NCBI GenBank assembly: GCA_027064425.1
Contig: JAMOPO010000015.1
Location: forward strand, 320,001-384,000
Direction of reading: 5' to 3'
From: Methanobacteriota archaeon
GTDB lineage: Archaea > JAADCQ01 > Methanopyri > Methanopyrales > Methanopyraceae
DNA length: 64,000 nucleotides
Positions 25,804-36,659 of this stretch are shown piece by piece. The position numbers and the translations under genes are program-made. Within the stretch, counting starts at the first letter, position 1; the number at the start of each line of letters is the position of its first letter. The notes below the pieces were generated by a model, which saw only the letters and a program-made list of their open reading frames with translations, searched no databases and was not told the origin of the DNA.

Positions 25804-26809
25804 AGAGCGTGATGGTGCCGAGCTGTCGGGCGCGCTTGAGGAGGCTCTGGAGTGGTGGGTCCTCGGGCTCGAGCTGGAGTGGGTCGCCGAGCTCCCACTC
25901 CTCTTTGAGCCACTCGAGGGCGCGCTGGGCGGCCTGGTGGGCCTCGTGGTCCCAGCCCCAGGGTAGCGGGACGAGGACGGGGTAGGCGGTCTCGCCGTCG
26001 TAGAGGACGACGGCGGTGTCGTAGTGGTGGCCGCAGTGGACGCCCTCCTCGGTGAGGGCGCGGTGGAGCTCATCGTTGAGCTGGGCGGTGGTGAGGACGC
26101 CGTCGGGGTCGGGGGACTTGCGGAGGTAGTCGCGGACGCCGCAGCCGCTCTCGTTCTTCCACCACTCGAAGCGTGGGAAGTGGAGGTCGGCCTCGCGCAG
26201 GGCGGCGACGACGTGACCCTTGTCGAGCTTGAGGTCAAGGAGTGGGCGGTACTCGAGGGCGTTGGGGTGCTCGGTGGTGGGTGGCATCTGGGCGCGGTGT
26301 GGGGCCTCGCCGTAGTTGGCGCCGCCGAGGATGAGGGAGCCGGGGAAGGCGTGAGCGGCGGCCTCGAAGCGGAGCTTGCCGCACTGCTGGCAGAGGTCGC
26401 GCTTGGCGTTGTATGGGGGTGGCGGAACCTGGAGGTGGTAGAAGCTGACGGGGGTCTCGTAGTGCTGGTCGAGGTGCTGGGCGACTAGGTGGGCGCGGGC
26501 GTGGACGAGGGCGCGGGGCATGCCGGGGAAGAAGCCGATGGTGTAGAGGATGAGCTCGACGCCGTACTCCTCGCAGGCGCGGGCGGCGGCGACGGCCAGG
26601 ACGGCGCTGTCCATGCCCTCGAGGGCGACGCAGACCTGGGCGGGCTCGGTGCGGTGCATGGTGTCCTGGATGGCCTGGGTGATGCGGTCGAGGACGCCCT
26701 CCTCGTGGCGGTGGTACGGGTAGACGGCGTCCCAGATGGGCGCCTCGTGGGCGGACGGGGCGCTCTCAACGGTCTCGAGGTCGCGCTTGCGGGGCTGGAT
26801 CTCGTGCAC
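25802..26809 (-). CDS. Divergent PP-loop-superfamily protein
   Basis: ALEGMDSAV (variant of SGGxDS), CQQC, ESGC, with spacing like the 2430 paralogue. Confidence 0.65.
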   Translation of the reverse strand: MHEIQPRKRDLETVESAPSAHEAPIWDAVYPYHRHEEGVLDRITQAIQDTMHRTEPAQVCVALEGMDSAVLAVAAARACEEYGVELILYTIGFFPGMPRALVHARAHLVAQHLDQHYETPVSFYHLQVPPPPYNAKRDLCQQCGKLRFEAAAHAFPGSLILGGANYGEAPHRAQMPPTTEHPNALEYRPLLDLKLDKGHVVAALREADLHFPRFEWWKNESGCGVRDYLRKSPDPDGVLTTAQLNDELHRALTEEGVHCGHHYDTAVVLYDGETAYPVLVPLPWGWDHEAHQAAQRALEWLKEEWELGDPLQLEPEDPPLQSLLKRARQLGTITL

Positions 26810-26866
26810 CTCGATGCGGGCCAGCGGTGTCTCACCCCCTCGCGCGGAGGTTATTTTGGGGGTGGG

Positions 26867-26933
26867 CCCTGTGCCCGGGTGTCGGCGCGCGCGTCATCCC
26901 TCCTGATCGGTCGGCTAGGACGCTGTCCCGGGC
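26867..26933 (-). ncRNA. H/ACA-like hairpin candidate
   Basis: GCCCGGG...CCCGGGC stem followed by ACA; internal CCGA/GGATGA K-turn-like pair. Confidence 0.35.
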
Positions 26934-27008
26934 TCTGGGCCGGGCCCTCATCGGCGGCCCGTCGGGCTTCCGTCGGGCCCGGGTCGCGGGCGTTGGGGGC
27001 CCGTGCGC

Positions 27009-27716
27009 ATGGCCCTGCTGGAGGTTAAAGACCTGAGGGTGCGCGCGGGCGGCAGGGAGATCGTCAAGAGGGCGTCGCTGCGGGTGGACGAGGGAGAGAT
27101 CGTGAACCTGATCGGGCCGAACGGGTCGGGTAAGAGCACGCTGGCGCGGGCGATCATGGGGAGTGAAGGCTACGAGGTGGAGGGGGAGATTCGGTTCAAG
27201 GGCGAGGACATCTCGGACCTCCCGATGCACGAGCGGGCGCGGCGCGGGCTGACGCTGTGCTGGCAGGAGCCGGCGCGGTTCGAGGGGCTGACGGTGGGCG
27301 AGTACCTGATGGCGGGGTGCGACGACGAGGAGTGGGCGCGCCGGTGCCTACGGATGGTGGGGCTGGACCCGGACGAGTACTGGGAGCGGGAGTGTGGTGA
27401 GGGCCTGAGCGGTGGCGAGCGGAAGCGGGTGGAGCTGGCGTCGGTGATGGTGATGCGACCGGACCTGGTGATCCTGGACGAGCCGGACGCTGGGCTGGAC
27501 ATGACGTCGTCGGAGGACCTGGCAAAGCTGATCGAGTGGATGCGGAGGGAGGGCTCGTCGGTCCTGCTGATCACGCACAGCCGGGATCTGGCGGAGCGTG
27601 TGGGTGACCGGGCGTACCTGATGATGGACGGGGAGATCGTGGAGGAGGGCGACCCGGAGGAGATCGTGTACAAGTGCCGGATGTGCGGGGGAGACCTGGT
27701 GTGCGAGGCGGAGTGA
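27009..27716 (+). CDS. sufC: SufC-like ABC ATPase (Fe-S scaffold system)
   Basis: GPNGSGKS, WQEPARFEG, LSGGERKR, LDEPD, C-terminal CRMC...C; precedes a SufB/D-like gene. Confidence 0.88.
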   Translation: MALLEVKDLRVRAGGREIVKRASLRVDEGEIVNLIGPNGSGKSTLARAIMGSEGYEVEGEIRFKGEDISDLPMHERARRGLTLCWQEPARFEGLTVGEYLMAGCDDEEWARRCLRMVGLDPDEYWERECGEGLSGGERKRVELASVMVMRPDLVILDEPDAGLDMTSSEDLAKLIEWMRREGSSVLLITHSRDLAERVGDRAYLMMDGEIVEEGDPEEIVYKCRMCGGDLVCEAE

Positions 27717-28624
27717 GCGAGGAGGAGGTGTTCGGTCCGGCGGAGTACCACGCGGATCCCGACGCTCCCCGGGTGGTGATCCTGGAGAACAAGGTGGTGA
27801 ACGTGCAGGATCGGGAGGGGCTGGAGCTGGAGGCGGAGGAGCTGGACGACGGCGTGCGGGCGGAGCTGGTGGTGAAGGAGGGGTTCGAGCTGGACGAGCC
27901 GGTGCACTTCTGCGTCGGGATCCCGTGGGAGGAGGGCGTGCAGCGGATCGAGACCCGGGTGGTGGTGGAGCCCGAGGCTCGGATCAGGCTGCTGTCGCAC
28001 TGCTCGTTCCCGCGGGCGGAGGACGTGCTGCACGAGATGAAGGCGGAGTTCGTGGTGAAGGACGGCGCGGAGCTGGAGGTGCAGGACATTCACTACCACG
28101 GTGAGGGTGGCGTGCGGCTGCGGGCGGAGTACGATGTGGAGGTGGGCGAGGGAGCCCGGCTCTCGAGCGAGTTCCGGCTGACGAAGGGTCGGGTGGGCGA
28201 GCTGTGGTGGGTGTCTCGGGGCGTGGTGCGTAGGGAAGGCTCGCTGGAGGGTGTGGTCCGGATCATGGCGCGGGAGGACGACAAGGTGGACATCGAGGAG
28301 AGCGTGCGGCTGGTGGGTGAGGACTCGCGGGCGGTGCTGGACTCGCGCGCGGCGGCGATCGACGGGGCTCGGGTGCGGTTCGTGGGCGAGCTGTCTGGTG
28401 AGGCCCCGGGCGCTAAGGGCCACGTGGAGTGCTCCGAGATCATCCGCGGCGACGGTCGGGTGGAGAGCGTGCCGAAGCTAAAGGTGGTGGATCCCGACGC
28501 TCGCCTGACGCACGAGGCGGCGCTGGGAACGCTCGAGCGCCGCGAGATCGAGGCGCTTATGTCCCGGGGCCTGTCGGAGGAGGAGGCCGTCGAAATGCTC
28601 GTGGAAGCGATGCTGAGGGGGTAG
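27713..28624 (+). CDS. sufB: SufB/SufD-family Fe-S assembly protein
   Basis: GTG 27713; PVHFC, HCSFP, GHVECSEI, RLTHEAALG, LMSRGLSEEEA. Confidence 0.85.
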   Translation: MSEEEVFGPAEYHADPDAPRVVILENKVVNVQDREGLELEAEELDDGVRAELVVKEGFELDEPVHFCVGIPWEEGVQRIETRVVVEPEARIRLLSHCSFPRAEDVLHEMKAEFVVKDGAELEVQDIHYHGEGGVRLRAEYDVEVGEGARLSSEFRLTKGRVGELWWVSRGVVRREGSLEGVVRIMAREDDKVDIEESVRLVGEDSRAVLDSRAAAIDGARVRFVGELSGEAPGAKGHVECSEIIRGDGRVESVPKLKVVDPDARLTHEAALGTLERREIEALMSRGLSEEEAVEMLVEAMLRG

Positions 28625-28629
28625 TCCGC

Positions 28630-29292
28630 TTGGCCGTGGAGGAGGGTGACTTCGTGAAAATCCACTACACGGGCCGCGTGAAGGAGACCGACGAGGTGAT
28701 CGACACGACGCGGGAGGAGGTGGCGGAGGAGCACGACCTGGACGTGCGGACGGGTCCGGTCGTGGTCGTGGTGGGGGCAGGGATGGTCTGGGAACCGGTG
28801 GAGGAGGAGCTGAAGGGCAGGAAGCCGGGCGATGAGTTCGAGGTGGAGGTGCCTCCGGAGAAGGCGTTCGGTGAGCGGGACGCGTCGCTGGTGCGGACGT
28901 ACCGGCGGTCGGAGGTGCGAGGGGATGTGCGGCCGGGTGGCACGGTGGTGACGCCGGAGGGTCGCCGGGGCCGAGTGGTCAGCGTGGACGGTGGCCGGGT
29001 GCGGGTGGACATGAACCATCCGTTGGCGGGAAAGACGCTGGTGTACGAGGTGGAGGTGCTGGAGGTGCTTGAGGGCGTGGAGGAGCGGGCGGAGGGGTTG
29101 CTGGACACGCTGGCGCCGGGGATCGACGTGGAGCTGGAGTGGGAGGACGAGGACGGGACGCTGCGGCTGCGGGTGGAGGGTGAGGACGCGGTGAAGACGG
29201 GATGGTTCGGGGCGAAGCGGCGGTTCGTGGAGCTGATGCGAGAGCACGACGATCGGGTGGAGAAGGTGGTCGTCGAGGAGGTGTTCAAATAA
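28630..29292 (+). CDS. slyD: Long-type FKBP peptidyl-prolyl isomerase
   Basis: TTG 28630; [31 protein letters not shown]. Confidence 0.9.
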   Translation: MAVEEGDFVKIHYTGRVKETDEVIDTTREEVAEEHDLDVRTGPVVVVVGAGMVWEPVEEELKGRKPGDEFEVEVPPEKAFGERDASLVRTYRRSEVRGDVRPGGTVVTPEGRRGRVVSVDGGRVRVDMNHPLAGKTLVYEVEVLEVLEGVEERAEGLLDTLAPGIDVELEWEDEDGTLRLRVEGEDAVKTGWFGAKRRFVELMREHDDRVEKVVVEEVFK

Positions 29293-30343
29293 CGCCGGTC
29301 TCGCGGGCGGCGCGCTCGGCGGCCTCGCGGGTGAGGCCGCGGTCGCCGAGGATGGTGTAGCGTTCGGGCCGGATCTCGTGGGCGGTGCAGAGGGCCTCGA
29401 TCAGCTCCTCCTCGCTGATCCCCAGCTCCTCCGCGGTGGTGGGAGCGCCGGCGCGCTTCAGGGTGTCTCGGATGCGACGCCAGTCGCCGCCGTGGAGGTA
29501 CTCCATGATAATGGTGCCGACGCCGCACTGCTCGCCGTGGAGGGCGGGGCGGTCGGCGATGACGTCGAGGGCGTGACTGAAGAGATGCTCGGAGCCGCTG
29601 CAGGGGCGGGAGGAGCCGGCGATGCTCATGGCGACGCCGCCGCTGATGAGGGCCTGAACGAGCTTCTTGATGCCCTCGGGCAGGAGCTGGCCGATGGGCT
29701 TGGCGTTCTTGATGACGATCTTGGCGGCCATGAGGGAGAGGCTGGCGGCGTACTCGCTGTAGGGCTCGTTGCGGAGCCGGTGGGCGAGTCGCCAGTCCTT
29801 GACGGCGGTGATGTTGGACACGACGTCGCCCACGCCGGCGCGGATGAGCCGCTCGGGGGCCTCCCGGATCACGTTTATATCAGCGAGCACGGCGAGCGGT
29901 GCGTGGGCGGGCTCGGAGTAGGGCCGGTCCTCCCTGCGGATGGAGGCGAAGGGTGAGGCGATGCCGTCGTGCGAGGCGGAGGTGGGCACGCTGACGAAGG
30001 GGATACGCTCGCGATAGGAGGCGACCTTGGCCACGTCGATGACCTTCCCGCCGCCCACGGCGACCGCGACGTCGGCTCCCGCGGCCTTGAGCTCTTCCAA
30101 AGCCTTTTTCACGTCCTCCTCGGTGGACCCCCGGACGATCACCGTCGTGGTCTCGTACCCGGCCTCCTCAAGGTACTCCTCCACGTCCCGGCCCGCGACC
30201 TTCTTCGTGGTGGGACCCGTGAAGATCGCGACCGTGCCCTCCGGGATGCCGACGCTCCGCAGGAGGCTCGGGGCGTCGGGCAGCACGTCGGTCCCGACGA
30301 GGACCTCGCGCGGGAGCTGCATTCTCTTCTTCGAGATCTCCAC
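29285..30343 (-). CDS. egsA: sn-glycerol-1-phosphate dehydrogenase
   Basis: [48 protein letters not shown]. Start GTG 30343 or ATG 30322. Confidence 0.95.
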   Translation of the reverse strand: MEISKKRMQLPREVLVGTDVLPDAPSLLRSVGIPEGTVAIFTGPTTKKVAGRDVEEYLEEAGYETTTVIVRGSTEEDVKKALEELKAAGADVAVAVGGGKVIDVAKVASYRERIPFVSVPTSASHDGIASPFASIRREDRPYSEPAHAPLAVLADINVIREAPERLIRAGVGDVVSNITAVKDWRLAHRLRNEPYSEYAASLSLMAAKIVIKNAKPIGQLLPEGIKKLVQALISGGVAMSIAGSSRPCSGSEHLFSHALDVIADRPALHGEQCGVGTIIMEYLHGGDWRRIRDTLKRAGAPTTAEELGISEEELIEALCTAHEIRPERYTILGDRGLTREAAERAARETGVI

Positions 30344-30370
30344 GGTAACCAGCCCCGGCGGGGTGATCGT

Positions 30371-31774
30371 TTGGAGTTCTCGGAGTGGTACGCGGAGGTG
30401 TTGAGGGACGCGGAGGTCATGGACGTGCGGTACCCGGTTAAAGGCCTGTACGTGTGGCTGCCCTACGGGTTCGAGATCCGGCAGCGGGTGATCGAGAAGC
30501 TGCGGAAGCGGCTGCGGGAGACGGGGCACAAGGAGGTCCTGTTCCCAACGCTGATCCCGGAGACGCAGCTGGAGAAGGAGGCGGAGCACATCGCGGGCTT
30601 CGAGGACGAGGTGTTCTGGGTGACGCACGGTGGCCTGAAGGAGATGGACGAGAAGCTGGCGCTGCGACCGACGAGCGAGACTGCGATCTACCCGATGTTC
30701 GCCCTGTGGATACGATCGCACGCGGACCTGCCGCTGAAGGTCTTCCAGATCGTGAACACGTTCCGGTACGAGACGAAGCACACGCGGCCGCTGATCCGGA
30801 TGCGGGAGATCACGACGTTCAAGGAGGCGCACACGGCGCACGCAACGCGGGAGGAGGCGGAGGAGCAGGTGCGGGAGGCCTTCGAGATCTACTCGTCGTT
30901 CTTCGAGGACCTGGGCATCCCGTACGTGGCCTCGGTGCGGCCGGAGTGGGACAAGTTCCCGGGCGCGGAGTACACGGTGGCGTTCGACACGGTGATGCCG
31001 GACGGGCGGGCGCTGCAGATCGGAACCATTCACATGCTGGGTCAGAACTTCTCGAAGACGTTCGACGTAACCTTTGAAACGGAGGAGGGGGACCAGGAGT
31101 ACGCCCACATGACCTGCTACGGAGTCTCGGACCGCGTCGTGGCCTCGGTGATCGCGATCCACGGGGACGAGCACGGGCTCGTTCTGCCGCCGGACGTGGC
31201 CCCGTACCAGGTCGTGATCGTGCCGATCCTGAAGAAGGGCATGCGAGAGGAGATCCTGCAGCGGGCTCGGGAGGTGAAGGAGGAGCTATCTGAGGTGGCG
31301 CGGGTCAAGCTCGACGACCGGGACATGAGCCCGGGACGAAAGTTCCATTACTGGGAGCTGAAGGGTGTGCCGCTGCGCGTGGAGATCGGCGCCCGTGAGG
31401 TGGAGGAGGACACGGCGGTCGTCTTCCGGCGGGACGAGATGGAGCGAGAGACGTACTCCGCCTCGGAGCTGCCGGACGTGGTCCCGGAGCTGCTGGACGA
31501 GATGAAGAAGAACCTGCGGGAGCGGGCCTGGGAGAGGTTCGAAAAGTTCATGCACCGGGCCGAGTCGCTGGAGGAGGTGCGCGAGTTCGTCGGCGACGGC
31601 ATCGTGGAGACCGGTTGGTGCGGGTCGGAGGAGTGCGGTCGGAAGCTGGAGGAGGAGGTCGAGGGCGACGTTCTCGGCACTCCTTACCCGGAGGAGAAGG
31701 GGCCCGAGTTCGACCGGTGCCCCGTGTGCGGGGAGCCCGCCGAGCACACGATCCGCGTGGCCAAAACTTACTGA
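30371..31774 (+). CDS. proS: Prolyl-tRNA synthetase (archaeal type)
   Basis: TTG 30371; [31 protein letters not shown]-terminal AKTY. Confidence 0.96.
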   Translation: MEFSEWYAEVLRDAEVMDVRYPVKGLYVWLPYGFEIRQRVIEKLRKRLRETGHKEVLFPTLIPETQLEKEAEHIAGFEDEVFWVTHGGLKEMDEKLALRPTSETAIYPMFALWIRSHADLPLKVFQIVNTFRYETKHTRPLIRMREITTFKEAHTAHATREEAEEQVREAFEIYSSFFEDLGIPYVASVRPEWDKFPGAEYTVAFDTVMPDGRALQIGTIHMLGQNFSKTFDVTFETEEGDQEYAHMTCYGVSDRVVASVIAIHGDEHGLVLPPDVAPYQVVIVPILKKGMREEILQRAREVKEELSEVARVKLDDRDMSPGRKFHYWELKGVPLRVEIGAREVEEDTAVVFRRDEMERETYSASELPDVVPELLDEMKKNLRERAWERFEKFMHRAESLEEVREFVGDGIVETGWCGSEECGRKLEEEVEGDVLGTPYPEEKGPEFDRCPVCGEPAEHTIRVAKTY

Positions 31775-31792
31775 AGATCAGGGGTGTGAGCG

Positions 31793-32443
31793 TTGCAGAT
31801 AACGGATGTCATGAAGGAGTTGGATCAGCTGACTAAGGGCACGACCACGGTTGGTATCAAGGCGAAAGACGCGGTGGTCCTCGCCGCGGATCGGCGGGCG
31901 GTCATGGGCAACCTGATCGCGGGCAAGGAGGTCAAGAAGATTTTCAAGGTGCACGACTACGTGGGCGTCACCACGGCGGGCTCCGTTGCGGACGCGCAGA
32001 AGATCGTGGAGCTGATGAAGGCGGAGGCGCGGCTGTACCAGCTGCGGCACGGGCGGCGCATCAGCGCCCGGGCGATCGCGAACGTGACCTCCCACGTCCT
32101 GCACTCCAGCCTCAAGGCCTTCCGACCGTACCTTGTGCAGCTGATCATCGGCGGGTTCAATCAGGACGAGCCCTCCCTGTACAACCTCGACCCCAGCGGC
32201 TCGATCATCGAGGAGGACTACACGGCCACCGGCTCGGGCTCGCCCACGGCCTACGGTGTCCTGGAGGCCGAGTACGAGGAGGACATGTCCCTGGACGACG
32301 CGATCGAGGTGGCCGTTCGCGCCGTTCACTCCGCCCTGGAGCGGGACACGGGCACGGGTGAGGGGGTGACCGTGGTCACGATCACGCGGGAGGAGGGGTA
32401 CCGGGAGCTGCCGGAGGAGGACGTGGAGGAGTACCTCCCGTAG
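31793..32443 (+). CDS. psmB: Proteasome beta subunit
   Basis: Propeptide then KG|TTTVG, AADRRA, GSVADAQ, ATGSGS. Confidence 0.95.
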   Translation: MQITDVMKELDQLTKGTTTVGIKAKDAVVLAADRRAVMGNLIAGKEVKKIFKVHDYVGVTTAGSVADAQKIVELMKAEARLYQLRHGRRISARAIANVTSHVLHSSLKAFRPYLVQLIIGGFNQDEPSLYNLDPSGSIIEEDYTATGSGSPTAYGVLEAEYEEDMSLDDAIEVAVRAVHSALERDTGTGEGVTVVTITREEGYRELPEEDVEEYLP

Positions 32444-32513
32444 GCGTAAGCGGGCGCTCTCCGACCCCCGACGATCCCCGGATGCCAACACCGGTGACGC
32501 AGGGGCGGCGAGG

Positions 32514-34469
32514 TTGAGCGAAGGAGGTGGCAGGAAATCGCTGAGCGAGGTGAAGAAGGAGATCAAAGAGAAGGTGGAGGAGGTCCTCCCCTCAGACATC
32601 GTCGTAACCGACGTGGACTTCGAGGGTCCCGAGGTCGTCATCTACACCAACTCGCCCCACTCCTTCGTCAAGGACGACTCCGACCTCATCACCCGGCTAG
32701 CCAAGGCCCTGCGCAAGCGCGTCAAGATCCGACCCAACCCCAGCGCCCTCTCCCCCGCCAAGGACGCGAAGAAGGTCATCCTGGACATCATCCCGGAGGA
32801 CGCCGGCGTCGACGAGCGGGACCTGCTCTTCCTGGAGACCGGTGAGGTCGTCATCTTCGCCAAGAAGCCGGGCCTCGTCATCGGTAAGCGCGGCAAGAAC
32901 GTGCACAAGATCTCCCGGGACACCGGCTGGGTCCCGAAGATATACCGGAAACCGCCCATCCCCTCCAAGACCGTCAACACGACCCGCCGGCTCATCCTCT
33001 CCGACGACTCCCGCCGCGAGTTCCTCAAGAACGTCAGCGAGCGCATCTTCTGCGGCCGCACGCGCAGCCGCGGCAGCGAGTCCCGCTGGGCCCGCGTCAG
33101 CGCGCTCGGCGGGTTTCAGGAGGTCGGCCGCTCCGCTCTCTTCCTGCACACCGAGGAGAGCCGCGTGCTCCTTGACTGCGGCGTGAACGTCGCCGCCAAC
33201 GGCCGGGACGCGTACCCGCACTTCAACGTGCCCGAGTTCCGGATGGACGACCTGGACGCCGTCGTCATCACCCACGCGCACCTCGACCACTGCGGCTTCC
33301 TGCCCTACTTCTACCGGCACGAGGTCATCGAGAGCCGCGTGCCCGTGTACTGCACGCCGCCCACCCGCGACCTGATGTACCTCCTCCTCATTGACTACAT
33401 CAAGGTCATGGAGAAGCGCGGTCAGGAGCCCCCGTACACCGAGAAGGACGTCAAGAAGGTAATCAAGCGCACGATCACCCTCAACTACCGCGAGCCCACC
33501 GACATCACCCCGGACATCAGCATCACCTTCTACAACGCCGGCCACATCCTCGGCTCCGCCTCCGTGCACGTGTTCCTTCAGGACAAGGGCTACAACTTCG
33601 TGTACACGGGAGACATCAACCCGACCCCGTCCCGCCTCCTCGAGGGCGCGGACAATCAGTTCAAGCGCGTGGACTGCATGGTCATCGAGGCCACCTACGG
33701 CGACTCCCGGCACGGCAGCCGGCGCAAGGAGGAGGCCCGCTTCCGGAAGATCGTCCAGGAGACCATCCGGAAGGGTGGAAAGGTCCTCATCCCCTCCTTC
33801 GCCGTCGGGCGCGCCCAGGAGGTCATGCTCGTCCTCGAAGACATGTACCGCAAGGGCGAGCTCGAGTGCCCCGTGTACCTCGACGGCATGATCTACGAGG
33901 CGACCGCCATCCACTCCACCTACCCCGAGTACCTCAACAAGCGCCTCCAGCACCGGATCCTCCACGAGGACGACGACCCGTTCACCTCCGAGGTGTTCGA
34001 GCCCGTCGAGGGCTCCGACCACCGGCGCGCGATCATCGAGGACGATGACCCGGCCGTGATCCTCTCCACCTCCGGCATGCTCGAGGGCGGACCCATCCTC
34101 GAGTACCTCAAGGAGCTCTCCGAGGACCCTAAGAACACGCTCGTGTTCGTGGGCTACCAGGCCGAGGGCACGCTGGGTCGGCAGATTCAGGAGGGTGCCA
34201 AGGAGGTCCCGCTCCCCACCCCGGAGGGCAAAACCGAGACGCTCCGGATCAAGCTCCGCGTCGAGACCGTGAGCGGGTTCAGCGGCCACGGCGACAAGAT
34301 CGAGCTGACCAAGTACGTCCGGACGGTCAAGCCCTCCCCGCCACCGAAGATCTTCACCAACCACGGCGAACCCAAGGCCTGCAAGCACCTGTCGAACCAC
34401 TTAAGGCGGACGTTCAGGAAGGTTTTCTCCATGGCCCCTGAGAACCTCGAGTGCTTCCGGCTGACGTGA
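32514..34469 (+). CDS. aCPSF1/FttA KH + beta-CASP ribonuclease
   Basis: EGPEVVIYT, KPGLVIGK, HAHLDH, AGHILGS, GFSGH, NHGE. Confidence 0.95.
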   Translation: MSEGGGRKSLSEVKKEIKEKVEEVLPSDIVVTDVDFEGPEVVIYTNSPHSFVKDDSDLITRLAKALRKRVKIRPNPSALSPAKDAKKVILDIIPEDAGVDERDLLFLETGEVVIFAKKPGLVIGKRGKNVHKISRDTGWVPKIYRKPPIPSKTVNTTRRLILSDDSRREFLKNVSERIFCGRTRSRGSESRWARVSALGGFQEVGRSALFLHTEESRVLLDCGVNVAANGRDAYPHFNVPEFRMDDLDAVVITHAHLDHCGFLPYFYRHEVIESRVPVYCTPPTRDLMYLLLIDYIKVMEKRGQEPPYTEKDVKKVIKRTITLNYREPTDITPDISITFYNAGHILGSASVHVFLQDKGYNFVYTGDINPTPSRLLEGADNQFKRVDCMVIEATYGDSRHGSRRKEEARFRKIVQETIRKGGKVLIPSFAVGRAQEVMLVLEDMYRKGELECPVYLDGMIYEATAIHSTYPEYLNKRLQHRILHEDDDPFTSEVFEPVEGSDHRRAIIEDDDPAVILSTSGMLEGGPILEYLKELSEDPKNTLVFVGYQAEGTLGRQIQEGAKEVPLPTPEGKTETLRIKLRVETVSGFSGHGDKIELTKYVRTVKPSPPPKIFTNHGEPKACKHLSNHLRRTFRKVFSMAPENLECFRLT

Positions 34470-34487
34470 CCCCAACCGTGGCCGAGG

Positions 34488-35537
34488 GTGGTGCCCGTGA
34501 GCGAGCAGATGACGTACAAGGACGCGGGCGTGGACATCGACAAGGAGGCCCTCGCCGTCAGGGCGATCCGGGAGGTCCTCGAGCGGCACCGGATCGAGCC
34601 CGAGGAGTGCGAGGAGGTCGAGGGGATCGGCCACTACGCCGCGGTCCTGCGCGTGCGCGACCAGCTCATGACGCTCAACGTGGACGGGGTCGGCTCGAAG
34701 GTCCTCGTCGCCCAGCTCGTGGACCGGTACGACACCGTGGGCATCGACGCGATCGCGATGAACGCGAACGACGCGATCTGCCTGGGCGCACGGCCCGTCG
34801 CCTTCCTCGATTACTTGGCCATGGAAGACCCGGACCCGGACGTGTGTCGGGAGATCGCTAAGGGGCTGGCCGAGGGGGCCAAGGAGGCCGGTGCGCCGGT
34901 CGTGGGCGGCGAGCTCGCCACCCTGCCCGAGATCGTGCGGGGCGAGCGGGAGGGTCGCGGCTTCGACCTGGTCGTGGCCTGCCTAGGGCTCCTGGACGGG
35001 GAGCCCGTGACGGGTGAGGAGATCGAGCCGGGTGACGCGATCGTCGGGCTCCGCAGCTCGGGGATCCACAGCAACGGGCTCACCCTGGCTCGGAAGGTCC
35101 TGCTCCGGGAGTACGATCCGGACGACGAGCTGCCGCACGGTCGAACGGTGGCGGAGGAGCTGCTCGAGCCGACGCGAATCTACGTGCGCCCGGTCCTGAG
35201 GGTGCTGGAGGAGTTCGAGGTGCACGGGATCGCGCACATTACCGGGGGCGGGTTCGAGAACCTGAAGCGGCTGCGGGAGGACGTGCGCTACGTCATCGAC
35301 GACCCGCTGAAGCCCCAGCCGATCTTCGAGATCATCCGGGAGCTGGGCAACGTCCCGCTGGACGAAATGTACCGGACGTTCAACATGGGGATGGGAATGG
35401 CGCTCGTGGTTCCGGAGGAGGAGGCGGAGGACGTGGTGGACGCGGTCTCGGGCGAGGTGGAGGCGAAGGTGGTGGGTCGAGTCGAGGAGGGCGAGGGCGT
35501 GGTGATTGAGGCGGAGGAGGGGAAGGTCCGGCTCTGA
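34488..35537 (+). CDS. purM: Phosphoribosylaminoimidazole synthetase
   Basis: TYKDAGVDI, DGVGSK, SSGIHSNG, HITGGG, TFNMG. Confidence 0.95.
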   Translation: MVPVSEQMTYKDAGVDIDKEALAVRAIREVLERHRIEPEECEEVEGIGHYAAVLRVRDQLMTLNVDGVGSKVLVAQLVDRYDTVGIDAIAMNANDAICLGARPVAFLDYLAMEDPDPDVCREIAKGLAEGAKEAGAPVVGGELATLPEIVRGEREGRGFDLVVACLGLLDGEPVTGEEIEPGDAIVGLRSSGIHSNGLTLARKVLLREYDPDDELPHGRTVAEELLEPTRIYVRPVLRVLEEFEVHGIAHITGGGFENLKRLREDVRYVIDDPLKPQPIFEIIRELGNVPLDEMYRTFNMGMGMALVVPEEEAEDVVDAVSGEVEAKVVGRVEEGEGVVIEAEEGKVRL

Positions 35538-35553
35538 TCGCCCCCGGTGGAAA

Positions 35554-35575
35554 CGTTACGAATCTCGTAACGATT
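35554..35575. repeat. Dispersed palindrome, perfect copy
   Basis: CGTTACGA ATC TCGTAACG ATT between convergent purM and rpl32e. Confidence 0.8.
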
Positions 35576-35615
35576 GGGAGGAACAAGGACAGGGCGTCCG
35601 ATCCGGGCGTCCGGC

Positions 35616-36020
35616 TCAGGCGTTCAGGACCACGATGCCCAGCTCCTCCGCCTTCTTGAGGATCTCGCGCCGCTTGCGCTTACCGACGCGGGAGGCGATC
35701 CGCGCCGCCTGGCGCTCCGGGTCGATCTTCTCCAGGTCCTTCGGGTTGTAAACGAGCACCTCCTCGTACCCGGACGGGTGCAGGCCGCGCACCTTCTTCG
35801 GTGACCGGTAGCCCGGGTTGGGCATCTTGGGCTTGCCCTTCAGCTTGCGGCGCATCTTGCTGTGCCGACCCTTGGGCCGGCGCCACTTCTCGCCCAGGCG
35901 CTTGTACCGGTGCCACTCCTGGCGCCGGAACTTGGGCTTCTTGCGCTTAAGCTCCTCCCGGAGCTTGAGCAGGCGCTCCTCCTCCTTGGACAGGTTCGGG
36001 TTGCGGACCAAGGGCGCCAC
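35616..36020 (-). CDS. rpl32e: 50S ribosomal protein L32e
   Basis: [22 protein letters not shown]. Confidence 0.96.
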   Translation of the reverse strand: MAPLVRNPNLSKEEERLLKLREELKRKKPKFRRQEWHRYKRLGEKWRRPKGRHSKMRRKLKGKPKMPNPGYRSPKKVRGLHPSGYEEVLVYNPKDLEKIDPERQAARIASRVGKRKRREILKKAEELGIVVLNA

Positions 36021-36023
36021 CCC

Positions 36024-36647
36024 TTAGACGCGTGGCTCGATCTTCTTGCCGTCCTTCTCGACGATGTAGATACCGTCCTGGAACACCCGCGGGTCGCGAT
36101 CCTTGATCTCGGTCGCCTGCTCCAGGTTGGCCGCGGTCTGACCCACGGCCTCCTTGTCGATGCCTCGAACGATGATGTCCTGACCCTTGACGATGACCTC
36201 GGTGTTCTCCGGGTCCACGATCTCGGCGACCCGCGGCACGTTCTCACCCATGAAGTTCTCGATGTACACCTTGCCCTTCTCCTGGTCCACCTTGACCTCC
36301 GGCGGGAAGTGCGAGTACACCAGCTTGAGCTTGTACTCGTGGCCCTCGGTGACACCCTTCTGCATGTTCTTGATGTAGGACTTGATCATGCCGAGGATGG
36401 CCTTGGTCCGCCGGTTGTGCTTCGTGGCGGCGATGACGACCTCGTCGTCCTCGAGCCACATGTAAACGTCCGGGTAGTAGAACTCCTTCGTGACCTCACC
36501 CTTGGGACCCTTGACCGTGACCTCGTAGCGCCGGTCGTGCCGCTGCTCGATCTCGACCTCCACCTCGTCCTTGATCTTAACCCGCTCCTCCATCACGATA
36601 ACGCCGGGGATGGCGTCCTCGGCCGGCTCGAGCCGGGCCTCGGACAT
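36024..36647 (-). CDS. rpl6: 50S ribosomal protein L6
   Basis: [27 protein letters not shown]. Confidence 0.96.
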   Translation of the reverse strand: MSEARLEPAEDAIPGVIVMEERVKIKDEVEVEIEQRHDRRYEVTVKGPKGEVTKEFYYPDVYMWLEDDEVVIAATKHNRRTKAILGMIKSYIKNMQKGVTEGHEYKLKLVYSHFPPEVKVDQEKGKVYIENFMGENVPRVAEIVDPENTEVIVKGQDIIVRGIDKEAVGQTAANLEQATEIKDRDPRVFQDGIYIVEKDGKKIEPRV

Positions 36648-36659
36648 GGCCGGCTCCCC

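Noticed and set aside
29969-31174. Mutual long overlaps of the egsA and proS ORF calls
   Set aside because: Artefactual upstream extensions; real starts are about 30343 and 30371.
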